A DNA stretch of 26,604 nt from the NCBI GenBank assembly GCA_044238215.1, contig JBIIDW010000001.1:1-26604 (forward strand), written 5' to 3'. Every line of letters starts with the position of its first letter. Within the stretch, counting starts at the first letter, position 1. Below are positions 19,324 to 26,604 of the stretch, piece after piece. The notes under the pieces were generated by a model. That model worked only from the letters and a program-made list of their open reading frames with translations, had not been told where the DNA came from and searched no databases. This DNA comes from Steroidobacteraceae bacterium. Lineage in GTDB: Bacteria; Pseudomonadota; Gammaproteobacteria; Steroidobacterales; Steroidobacteraceae. Position numbers and translations under genes: made by a program.

Positions 19324-20230
19324 GAGCCGCCAGCGCCGCCAGGGTGGCGGCACGAAACGCCAGGCTGACCGGGACGCGCGTGCCGTCCCGAAGCAGGAGT
19401 TCGAGGCTGCGTCCCCGGTCGGTCCAGGACTGGACCCGATCGGGTCGGACCCACCACGAGCGGTGCACCTGGAGTCCGGTCCCGAGGGCGCCCATCTCCT
19501 CGAGGGCGTCGGCGAAGCGGTAGCGCACCAGATCCGTGCCGCGGTCCGAATGGATGCGGACGTAGTGCTCTTCCGCCGTCAGCGCCCAGATCTCGCAGTC
19601 GCGGGGCAGCCGTGAGCGTTCGAGGATCTGCGGCGCCGCGGCGGCTGCCGACGCCTCCAGCGGGGGCAGTGGCGGCGGTGGCGACACCCCCGGCGCCACC
19701 GGCGCGGAAGGCGCAGCCGGTGCCGCATAGCGCAGGCGCGGATACCCCAGCAGTCGGTCGTAGGCGTAGGTGATCGCGGTCATCACGATGGCGCCCGGCG
19801 CCACGGCGCTCGCCAGTTCGAGTCCGTAGATCATCGAGAACTCCGGCAGGGGCGGGTTGCCATACAGCCGGCCCGCGCCCGCGGTGGTTCCGATCCAGCC
19901 GAAGGCCCATCTGTAGAGAGGGCTGAGCAGCAGAGCCTGGCCGACCGCACCGACGAGGCACAGGAACCACAGCGGCGGAGTCCACGGGCGCAGCGCGACC
20001 CAGGCACACCGCGCCACCAGGTGAGCGGTCCACCAGCCCGGAAAGATGAGCAGCAACTGGATGCCCAGCGCGAGGTGCATCGGCAGGACCGCGGCCGGCC
20101 CCGCGCGCATCAGGGTGTAGAGGACCGCCAACCCGGCGGGCACGCCCAGGTAGAACGACAGCCGGATCGCCTGCGGCGACCACGGCCGCCCGTCGGGCTT
20201 GGCCAGCCCCAAACTGCGCTCGAGATTCAT
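19295..20230 (-). CDS. Membrane-anchored LytTR-domain regulator with no receiver domain
   Basis: Four hydrophobic segments, a Pro/Ala linker, then LTAEEHYVRIHS.RG.DLVRYRFADAL.E...GLQVHRSWWV...L.L.DGTRVPVS. Start is ATG 20230 or 20248. The 3' end overlaps mscS by 29 bp. Confidence 0.85.
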   Translation of the reverse strand: MNLERSLGLAKPDGRPWSPQAIRLSFYLGVPAGLAVLYTLMRAGPAAVLPMHLALGIQLLLIFPGWWTAHLVARCAWVALRPWTPPLWFLCLVGAVGQALLLSPLYRWAFGWIGTTAGAGRLYGNPPLPEFSMIYGLELASAVAPGAIVMTAITYAYDRLLGYPRLRYAAPAAPSAPVAPGVSPPPPLPPLEASAAAAAPQILERSRLPRDCEIWALTAEEHYVRIHSDRGTDLVRYRFADALEEMGALGTGLQVHRSWWVRPDRVQSWTDRGRSLELLLRDGTRVPVSLAFRAATLAALAALSPPPGSSS

Positions 20231-20291
20231 GCCAGACCCCCCAGGCACGAAAGCGTCTTTACGCCTTCATCCTACTCCACGACCGCAACTA

Positions 20292-20319
20292 CGCGACATT
20301 TTCCGTCCTGTCCGTGACA
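20292..20319 (+). promoter_or_regulatory. Candidate LytTR direct-repeat binding site
   Basis: CGCGACA (20292-20298) and CGTGACA (20313-20319) repeat with a 21 bp period in the divergent LytTR/DUF1838 intergenic region. Confidence 0.3.
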
Positions 20320-20403
20320 GCGTGGTGGTCGCGCGACCCCCGTGGCGCGGACATTTGACCGGGTGCAGGCGTCGCCTGCAGCCACCTCAGGGGGGGAACG
20401 CAG

Positions 20404-21288
20404 ATGTCCGAAGGAACACGCGGCCGGATGGAGCCGGGTCGAAGGGACGTGCTCGGCGCGCTCGGCGCCGCCGTCATGGCGCCCTGGGTTGCCACGTCGT
20501 CGCCCGCTGCTGCGGCGGGCGCTCCGGTGTCTGCGGCAGGGCGCTGGACCTCGAGCTTCATCCAGCTCGATCCCGTGGAGCAGTTTCGTCAGGTGATGCG
20601 GCTGCAGCGCAGCCTCAGCGATGCCGACGACATCCTGCACTGGTACCACTTCATGATGTTCGCCGTGACCCCCGATGCGCCCACGGCGGCCGTGGTCCGC
20701 TGGGAGGGCATCGAGCTGTCGCGGCACGAACTCATCGGCGAGAACCGCTACCTCATGCACGGCCACAACCTGTCGTATCCACGCGACCTCGACAGCGGCG
20801 AATTCGTCGACACCGTGCTCAATCCGCTGAGCGGCCAGCGCGTGCCGATCGGCCCCATGCGTCTGACCGAGGACCCCGGGCTGATCCGCTCCCCCGAGGG
20901 TACGCTGACGCTCGACCGCCTCGGCCAGCCGCCGCGCCGCGACTACCGCGTGCTGCGGCGCGAGGGCGGCTACGTCAAGGTCGACACCATCCGCGTCCCG
21001 CCCGCGACCTGGCCCAAGCCCTTCATCGAGGGCGGCTTCGAGGGTACGCGGGCTGAACTGTTCGACGATCCGTCGCAGCGCTGGCTGCCCACCGAGGTTT
21101 CCGGGGCCTACGTCTTCCCGTGGCCCAAGTGGATGCAGATGGGCAGTGCCCCCGGACACATGCTCGGCATCTGGAGCGGGCACAAGCTGCGCTCGGTCGA
21201 TGAACTGCCCGACGGGTTCCGGCAGCGGGCGGAGCGCGAGGATCCGCAGCTTCTGCGGGTCGACCGGCGGCGATTCGCCGCGAAGTAG
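20404..21288 (+). CDS. Tat-exported DUF1838-family protein (copy 1)
   Basis: GGGGGG SD and twin-arginine leader GRRDVLGALGAAVMAP...AAA. DPVEQFRQ.MRLQ.SL, HWY...MFAV, RWEG, RDLDSGEFVDT.LNPLSG..VP and PWPKWMQMG..PGH. The family call is from recalled motif pattern. Confidence 0.72.
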   Translation: MSEGTRGRMEPGRRDVLGALGAAVMAPWVATSSPAAAAGAPVSAAGRWTSSFIQLDPVEQFRQVMRLQRSLSDADDILHWYHFMMFAVTPDAPTAAVVRWEGIELSRHELIGENRYLMHGHNLSYPRDLDSGEFVDTVLNPLSGQRVPIGPMRLTEDPGLIRSPEGTLTLDRLGQPPRRDYRVLRREGGYVKVDTIRVPPATWPKPFIEGGFEGTRAELFDDPSQRWLPTEVSGAYVFPWPKWMQMGSAPGHMLGIWSGHKLRSVDELPDGFRQRAEREDPQLLRVDRRRFAAK

Positions 21289-21347
21289 TCGCAGGACATT
21301 CGATATCGGGATCCGGGGGATCCCATGGCAATCAGGGGGGATTCAGC

Positions 21348-23705
21348 ATGAACAATCAGAGCGTGGTGTCGGTTGCGGTAGGCCTGGCGCTGGCGGCTGC
21401 TGCGGGTGCCGCCGGTGCGCAGTCCGGAACGGGCGCGGAGGGCATCGAGGAAGTCGTCGTGACGGCCCGCAAGCGGGTGGAGTCGATCCAGGAAGCTCCG
21501 CTCACGATCCAGGCCTTCACGGCCGACCAGATCGAGGAGCGGGGCGCCGATTCGCTCGCCGACCTCGCGAAATTCGCGCCGGGCCTCACGCTGAACGCCG
21601 GCTCCTCGCGCTCGGCGAGCGACTTCTCCATCCGCGGCATGACGCAGATCTCGCCGGTGGGTGACAACCGCAAGGACCTCGTCACGGTGTTCGTCGACGG
21701 CGTGCCGTACATCGGCAACCCGCTGGGGATCGGCACCGAGGACCTCGCGCGGGTCGAGGTGATCAAGGGACCGCAGTCGGCGCTGTTCGGCCGCGCCACG
21801 TTCGGCGGCGCGATCAGCCTCATCACCACCACGCCGGGCAACGACCTGAAGGGCAAGGTCAGCGCCACGGTCGGCTCCTACGGCGACTATCGGCTGAGCG
21901 GCGCGATCGAGGGCCCGATCCTGCAGGACAAGCTGTCCGGTCGCCTCGTCGTCGACGGCCGCAGCTTCGACGGTTTCTACAAGAACGCCTTCGGGGGGCG
22001 GCTCGGCGAGACCGACCAGCGCTACGTGGCGGGCACGCTCAACTTCACGCCGACCGACAACCTCTCCGTGCGCCTGCGCTGGAGCGACCGGCACGACGAG
22101 GACGGGCCGGCGGCATCGACGCTCATCGCGCGCTACACCGACCACAACTGCGGCCCTTTCCCCAACTTCACGGCCCGTCCGACGGCCGGACTGCCCGCGG
22201 GCATGACGCTGGCGCAGTCGCGCCGCGTGTATTGCGGCGAGCTGCGCGCACCCAGCGGGCCGATCGGCATCAATACGACGCTGCCGGCGAGCACCCTGCC
22301 GCTCATTCCGCTCGATGAACACAAGCTGATCCTCGACCACCAGCTCGGCTCATTGTCGGCGGACTGGAGCTTTGGCGGCGGCTACACGGTCTCGGCGATC
22401 GTCAGCACCCAGGAGCAGAACATCGAGCAGGTGCGCGACTTCGAACTCGCTCCGGAGGACCGCTACCAGGTTTACCTGACCAACGACCAGACCCAGGATA
22501 CCTACGAGCTGCGGCTGACCTCGCCGGCCGATCAGCGACTCAGCTGGATGGTTGGCGTCGCGCGTCTCGACACGACCTTCGAGACGATCGGTGCCTTCAT
22601 CAACGGTGCGCTGTTTGGCACGACCGGCACCCCGACGCCCGGCGCGGCCTCGCTGGTGCCCCAGCGCAGCGCGTCGCAGGCCGACTCGCTCTTCGGCAGC
22701 ATCGGGTTCAGGGTCACCGACGCCTTCGACATCAGCGTCGAGGCGCGGCGCCAGAAGGACCTGCAGACCACGGGGGTGGGTCTGCCGACCCGGTTCAGCG
22801 TCGAGACCACCGCGACGCTGCCGCGCGTGCTGCTGAAGTACGCGCTGAGCGACGCCACCAATCTCTACGCGAACTACGCCAAGGGCAACCAGCCGACCCA
22901 GGGCTATGCCACCTACTTCCAGCTGACGCCGGCGCAGCAGGTGATCGCTTCCGCCAACGGCGTCAACCCTTCGGCACCCGAGGCCGAGGTGGAAAACTAC
23001 GAGATCGGCATCAAGCACCGGTCGGAGGACGGGCGCTGGTACCTCAACGCCTCGCTCTACTACCTCGAGTGGGTGGGGCGCCAGGGCGTGCGCACGGTCC
23101 AGGTGGACCTGAACGGTGACGGCGTGATCACCAACCTGCCGGCGCCCGCGGGCGAGAACTTCAACGTGGTGCCGTTCGCCGCCGGCGACAGCAACAGCCG
23201 CGGCCTCGAGCTCGACGGTGCGGTCCGGCTCGGTGACAACTGGACCGTGGGCGGCAGCGCCGCCTACGCCGACACCGAGATCACCAAGGCACTGAACGAG
23301 ACGGTTCCGCTGCGCTTCCTCGGGATCACCGATGCCAAGGGCTTCGATTTCCCGCTGGTGCCGAAGCTCAGCGGTGCGGCGTACGCCCAGTACTCCAGCG
23401 CCTTGTCCGACAGCCGAAGCTGGTTCGCGCGCGCCGACCTGACCTACATCGGCAAGCGCTACGACAGCATCGCGAACTTCGCCTACGTGCCCGGACAGTT
23501 CCGCGCCAACCTCCGCGCGGGCCTCACCGGGGACCGTTGGGAAGTCGTGGCCTTCGTCAACAACCTGTTCGATGACGACACCCTGGAAGCGTCGCGGTAC
23601 AACAGCGACAGCGCTGCGGACCCGTTCTTCTTCCAGCTGGCGTCGTCCGAGGCAGTGCTGCCGCACAAGCGGCAGGTGGGCGTGACGGCGACGTTCAGGT
23701 TCTGA
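21348..23705 (+). CDS. TonB-dependent outer-membrane receptor
   Basis: Sec leader, IEEVVVTARKRVESIQEAPLTI, plug motifs FSIRG, VFVDGV and RVEVIKGPQSALFGRATFGGAI, then alternating beta-strand pattern and a terminal Phe (RQVGVTATFRF). Confidence 0.96.
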   Translation: MNNQSVVSVAVGLALAAAAGAAGAQSGTGAEGIEEVVVTARKRVESIQEAPLTIQAFTADQIEERGADSLADLAKFAPGLTLNAGSSRSASDFSIRGMTQISPVGDNRKDLVTVFVDGVPYIGNPLGIGTEDLARVEVIKGPQSALFGRATFGGAISLITTTPGNDLKGKVSATVGSYGDYRLSGAIEGPILQDKLSGRLVVDGRSFDGFYKNAFGGRLGETDQRYVAGTLNFTPTDNLSVRLRWSDRHDEDGPAASTLIARYTDHNCGPFPNFTARPTAGLPAGMTLAQSRRVYCGELRAPSGPIGINTTLPASTLPLIPLDEHKLILDHQLGSLSADWSFGGGYTVSAIVSTQEQNIEQVRDFELAPEDRYQVYLTNDQTQDTYELRLTSPADQRLSWMVGVARLDTTFETIGAFINGALFGTTGTPTPGAASLVPQRSASQADSLFGSIGFRVTDAFDISVEARRQKDLQTTGVGLPTRFSVETTATLPRVLLKYALSDATNLYANYAKGNQPTQGYATYFQLTPAQQVIASANGVNPSAPEAEVENYEIGIKHRSEDGRWYLNASLYYLEWVGRQGVRTVQVDLNGDGVITNLPAPAGENFNVVPFAAGDSNSRGLELDGAVRLGDNWTVGGSAAYADTEITKALNETVPLRFLGITDAKGFDFPLVPKLSGAAYAQYSSALSDSRSWFARADLTYIGKRYDSIANFAYVPGQFRANLRAGLTGDRWEVVAFVNNLFDDDTLEASRYNSDSAADPFFFQLASSEAVLPHKRQVGVTATFRF

Positions 23706-24607
23706 TGCGGCGGCGCACGATTCTCGGCGGCGGGGCGCTTGCCCTCGGGCTCGCGGCGGGGCGGCTCCCCGCCGCGACCGACCCGACCACGACGCCGTCC
23801 GTCCGCGAGCTGGCGGCGCGGTTGCGTGGCGGGCCGGCCCTGCTCGAGGCCTTCGTGCGGATGCGCGGCCGCACGGACGGCAAACTCGTCCACGGCTGGC
23901 TGCGCTCGCAGCGCTCCGCCGTCATCGACGGCGAAGTGACACCGCTTTGCGGCGTGCTGGCAGGCGCGGTGCAGCGCTTCGAGCGCCGCTCGGAGGATCT
24001 CTTCGAGGCCACGATCCTCGAGGTGGCGCACTACACGCATCCGGTGACGGGAGAACTGCTCGAGTCCGTGACGATGCCCGGCACCGGCCGCAGCGTGCGG
24101 GTTCCCGCCTACCGCTTCGGTCCGGTCAAGGCGCGCTTCGCCGTGGCGCTCGACGAATGGGAGGAATTCGACCCGCCGCAGGGGGGCTCGGGTGCCGCGG
24201 CCTTCGTCCCCCGGTCCTCCGTGCACCTCGTGCGCTCGCTCGAGCCGGTGGCGTCCCACGGCGATCACATCGCGCTGCGTGCCAACGAATACGGCAGGGT
24301 TCATCCCGAGCGCTCGGCTCCGCCGACGATCTACTACCGCGAGTGGATGGTCTGGAAGGCGCTTGCGAGCGAACTCGCCAGGGAAGGCACGCCTGGAATC
24401 CAGGCCGACTATGCCTACACCGCGCTGACCAGCTGGCGCCCCTGGATGCAGATGGGCGAGCTGCGGGGGCATACGATCGACAGCGGCATCGGCGCCAAGG
24501 CGTTCGACTGGTCGGCCTGTCCGCCCGAGTTCCTGGAGTTGACGCGGCGCCTGCACCCGGACGTCCTCGACGATCCCGAGCGCGCGCTGCGCGCACTGCC
24601 CGCGTGA
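23705..24607 (+). CDS. Tat-exported DUF1838-family protein (copy 2)
   Basis: ATG overlaps the TBDR stop (TGATG). Leader MRRRTILGGGALALGLAA. LEAFVRMRGRTDGKLVHGW, HPVTGELLESV.MP.TG..V.VP and SWRPWMQMG..RGH; visibly homologous to copy 1. Confidence 0.75.
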   Translation: MRRRTILGGGALALGLAAGRLPAATDPTTTPSVRELAARLRGGPALLEAFVRMRGRTDGKLVHGWLRSQRSAVIDGEVTPLCGVLAGAVQRFERRSEDLFEATILEVAHYTHPVTGELLESVTMPGTGRSVRVPAYRFGPVKARFAVALDEWEEFDPPQGGSGAAAFVPRSSVHLVRSLEPVASHGDHIALRANEYGRVHPERSAPPTIYYREWMVWKALASELAREGTPGIQADYAYTALTSWRPWMQMGELRGHTIDSGIGAKAFDWSACPPEFLELTRRLHPDVLDDPERALRALPA

Positions 24608-25545
24608 GGACGCTGGCGCTGTGGTTGGGGCTCGTCGTCGCCTGGGGTGCTGACGCCCAGGCCGGGACCCGGGACTGCGACGTCTGCCCAGAGCTGGTGG
24701 CGATCGCACCCGGTGCATTCACGATGGGCGCCGAGATCGACGAGCCGCGCCGCCTTGGACTGCCGGAATTCTGGGCGACCCGTGAGCAGCCGCGGCACCG
24801 GGTCGTGATCGCGAAGGGCTTCTCCATCGGTCGCTACGAGGTCACGCGCGGCGAGTTCGCGGTTTTCGCCCGCGAGACCGGCTACGGTCCTGCGCCCGGC
24901 TGCTGGCACTTCGTCGGCTCGGAGTGGCTGCTGGACGAGTCGCGCAGCTGGCGCGAGGCCGGCACCGACCAGACCGACGGGCACCCCGTGACCTGCGTGA
25001 ACTGGCACGACGCGCAGGCCTATCTGGCGTGGCTGTCCGCGAAGACCGGCAGGCGATACCGGCTCGCCAGCGAGGCGGAGTGGGAATACGTGGCTCGCGC
25101 CGGGACCGCCACGGCTTACTGGTTCGGTGACGATCCCGCGCAGATCTGCCGCTACGTGAATCTCGGCGATCTCGACACCCGGGACCGCTTTGGCTGGGAC
25201 AAGACCGAGATCAAGTACGAGGTGCTCGAGGACTGGAAGGGCGAGCCCTGCCGTGACGGGTTTGCGGCGATGGCGCCCGTGACCGCGACAGCCGCCAATC
25301 CCTTTGGCGTGCACGGCCTGCTCGGCAACGCCAACGAGTGGATGGCCGACTGCTGGAACGACACTCACGCAGGCGCCCCGGCGGGCGGCGAGGCGCGCCT
25401 GCTCGGGGCCGATTGCGGATTGCGCGTGATGAAGGGCCAGGGCTGGACGGCGATCGCCGCCAGCGTGCGCCCGGCCTTTCGCCTGAAAATGAACGCCACG
25501 GATCGCCGATTCACTTTCGGCTTCCGCGTCGTCCGCGAGGACTGA
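24604..25545 (+). CDS. Secreted FGE-sulfatase-domain (SUMF1/EgtB/PvdO-like) protein
   Basis: GTG overlaps the upstream TGA and the leader ends in AQA. RDCDVCPELV.I.PG.FTMG, EQPRHRV, GRYEVTRGEF, HPVTCVNWHDAQAY..WLS.KTG.RYRL.SEAEWEY.ARAG, NPFGVHGLLGNANEW and FGFRVVRE. Confidence 0.9.
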   Translation: MRTLALWLGLVVAWGADAQAGTRDCDVCPELVAIAPGAFTMGAEIDEPRRLGLPEFWATREQPRHRVVIAKGFSIGRYEVTRGEFAVFARETGYGPAPGCWHFVGSEWLLDESRSWREAGTDQTDGHPVTCVNWHDAQAYLAWLSAKTGRRYRLASEAEWEYVARAGTATAYWFGDDPAQICRYVNLGDLDTRDRFGWDKTEIKYEVLEDWKGEPCRDGFAAMAPVTATAANPFGVHGLLGNANEWMADCWNDTHAGAPAGGEARLLGADCGLRVMKGQGWTAIAASVRPAFRLKMNATDRRFTFGFRVVRED

Positions 25546-25553
25546 ACCCCGGC

Positions 25554-26604
25554 CTAGGTGCGCACCGTGCCGCCCACCCGCTCGGGCACGCGGTAGAACC
25601 ACAGGAACAGCAGCCCCGCCGCGTAGGCGAACGCCGGGATCCAGACGAGGCTCAGCACGACGGCGAACTCCGCGCTCGCCGGCTGCTGCTCCAGCGGCAG
25701 GCTCTTGTCGAAGTGCATGGCCTCCAGCAGCTCGCCGAGCACCAGCGGCCCCAGCGAGTAGCCCAGCCGCTCGATGAACACGTAGACCGAGGTGTACATG
25801 CCCTCGCGGCGCAGGCCGGTCTTCTCGCGGTCGTAGTCGATGGTGTCGAGCCACATCGCCTGGCTGAACAGCAGGATCGCCGACGAGAAGATGCCGGCGA
25901 GCACGCCGCGGAAGATGAAGAAGGCTTCCGACTGGTCCGGGGTCGCCAGCAGCCAGCTCAGCACCGCGAAGACCTCGCCGATGATGCCGATCGCGAGGCC
26001 GGTGCGCTTGGTCATGTGGCGGCCGGCCCAGCGCCAGAACGGGATGAAGGTGATCGTGGCGCCGATCGTCGCGATCGCCAGCAGCGACATCAGCGAGAAG
26101 TCGCGCTTGAGCACCATGACCACGAAGAACGCCGTGGTGGCGCCGCCCGCCGAGAGGGCGAAGAACTGCAGCACCTTGATGCCGACCATCATCATGAACG
26201 GACGGTTGCCGATCACCGCGTTCACCTGGTCGCTGAACGAGTAGCGCGGCTGCACCGCTTCCACCTCGCCGCCGTGCGCACCGCGGGTGCCGAGGAAGGT
26301 CGCGAACATGATCGCGAACACCAGCGCCCCGCCGATCAGGCCCAGGTTCTGGAACGCCTCCGCGTCGCGGCCGAGTTTCTCGACGAGCAGGGGCGCCCCG
26401 GCGCTGCCGGCCACCGAGCCGAACATCATGAACACCGAGCGGTAGCCCATGATGCCGAGCCGCTGCATGCGGTCGTTAGTCATCTCGACCGGCATCGTGA
26501 GGTAGGGCACGTTGAACAGCGTGAAGCCGAGCGAGTAGATCACCAGCACCGCGAGGCACATCGCGACGACGGCGCCGTCGGTGCCGAACAGGTGCTGCGA
26601 ATAC
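25554..26604 (-). CDS. MFS transporter, GPH/MelB-like (5' end lies outside the window)
   Basis: The frame is open to the window edge. FNVPYLTMPVEMT.D...R..IMGYR, NRPFMM, DTIDYD..KTG.RREGMY.SV..FIE.RLG, with multiple TM segments. Confidence 0.9.
   Translation of the reverse strand, partial: YSQHLFGTDGAVVAMCLAVLVIYSLGFTLFNVPYLTMPVEMTNDRMQRLGIMGYRSVFMMFGSVAGSAGAPLLVEKLGRDAEAFQNLGLIGGALVFAIMFATFLGTRGAHGGEVEAVQPRYSFSDQVNAVIGNRPFMMMVGIKVLQFFALSAGGATTAFFVVMVLKRDFSLMSLLAIATIGATITFIPFWRWAGRHMTKRTGLAIGIIGEVFAVLSWLLATPDQSEAFFIFRGVLAGIFSSAILLFSQAMWLDTIDYDREKTGLRREGMYTSVYVFIERLGYSLGPLVLGELLEAMHFDKSLPLEQQPASAEFAVVLSLVWIPAFAYAAGLLFLWFYRVPERVGGTVRT

Noticed and set aside
22350-23666. 438 aa and other antisense ORFs within the TBDR
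   Set aside because: They are codon-bias shadows of a well-supported gene.

Overview
A very GC-rich (roughly 70%+ by eye) chromosomal window, probably from a gammaproteobacterium; gene order and protein style suggest a Steroidobacteraceae/Nevskiales-like organism (inference only). The left half is housekeeping: fmt (partial)-rsmB-DUF4390-ntrY-ntrX on +, converging on priA-argS-SPOR (FtsN-like) on -. priA is interrupted by one in-frame TAG at 9851-9853. A three-DnaA-box cluster with DARS-like geometry (11217-11251) sits on the priA translation start. The middle holds two tandem EamA/DMT exporters divergent from a small MarR-like wHTH gene, a secreted 4-Cys protein plus an OmpA lipoprotein, and then a signal-peptide/Sel1-like/ASCH fusion coupled to a COG2521-type methyltransferase, followed by HNH, VOC and mscS genes. 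The right end is an accessory uptake locus: a membrane-anchored LytTR regulator divergent from Tat-DUF1838, a TonB-dependent receptor, a second Tat-DUF1838 and an FGE-like secreted protein, converging on a partial GPH-type MFS transporter. I saw no tRNA, rRNA, CRISPR array, transposase or integrase. All family assignments come from reading motifs by eye, not from database searches.
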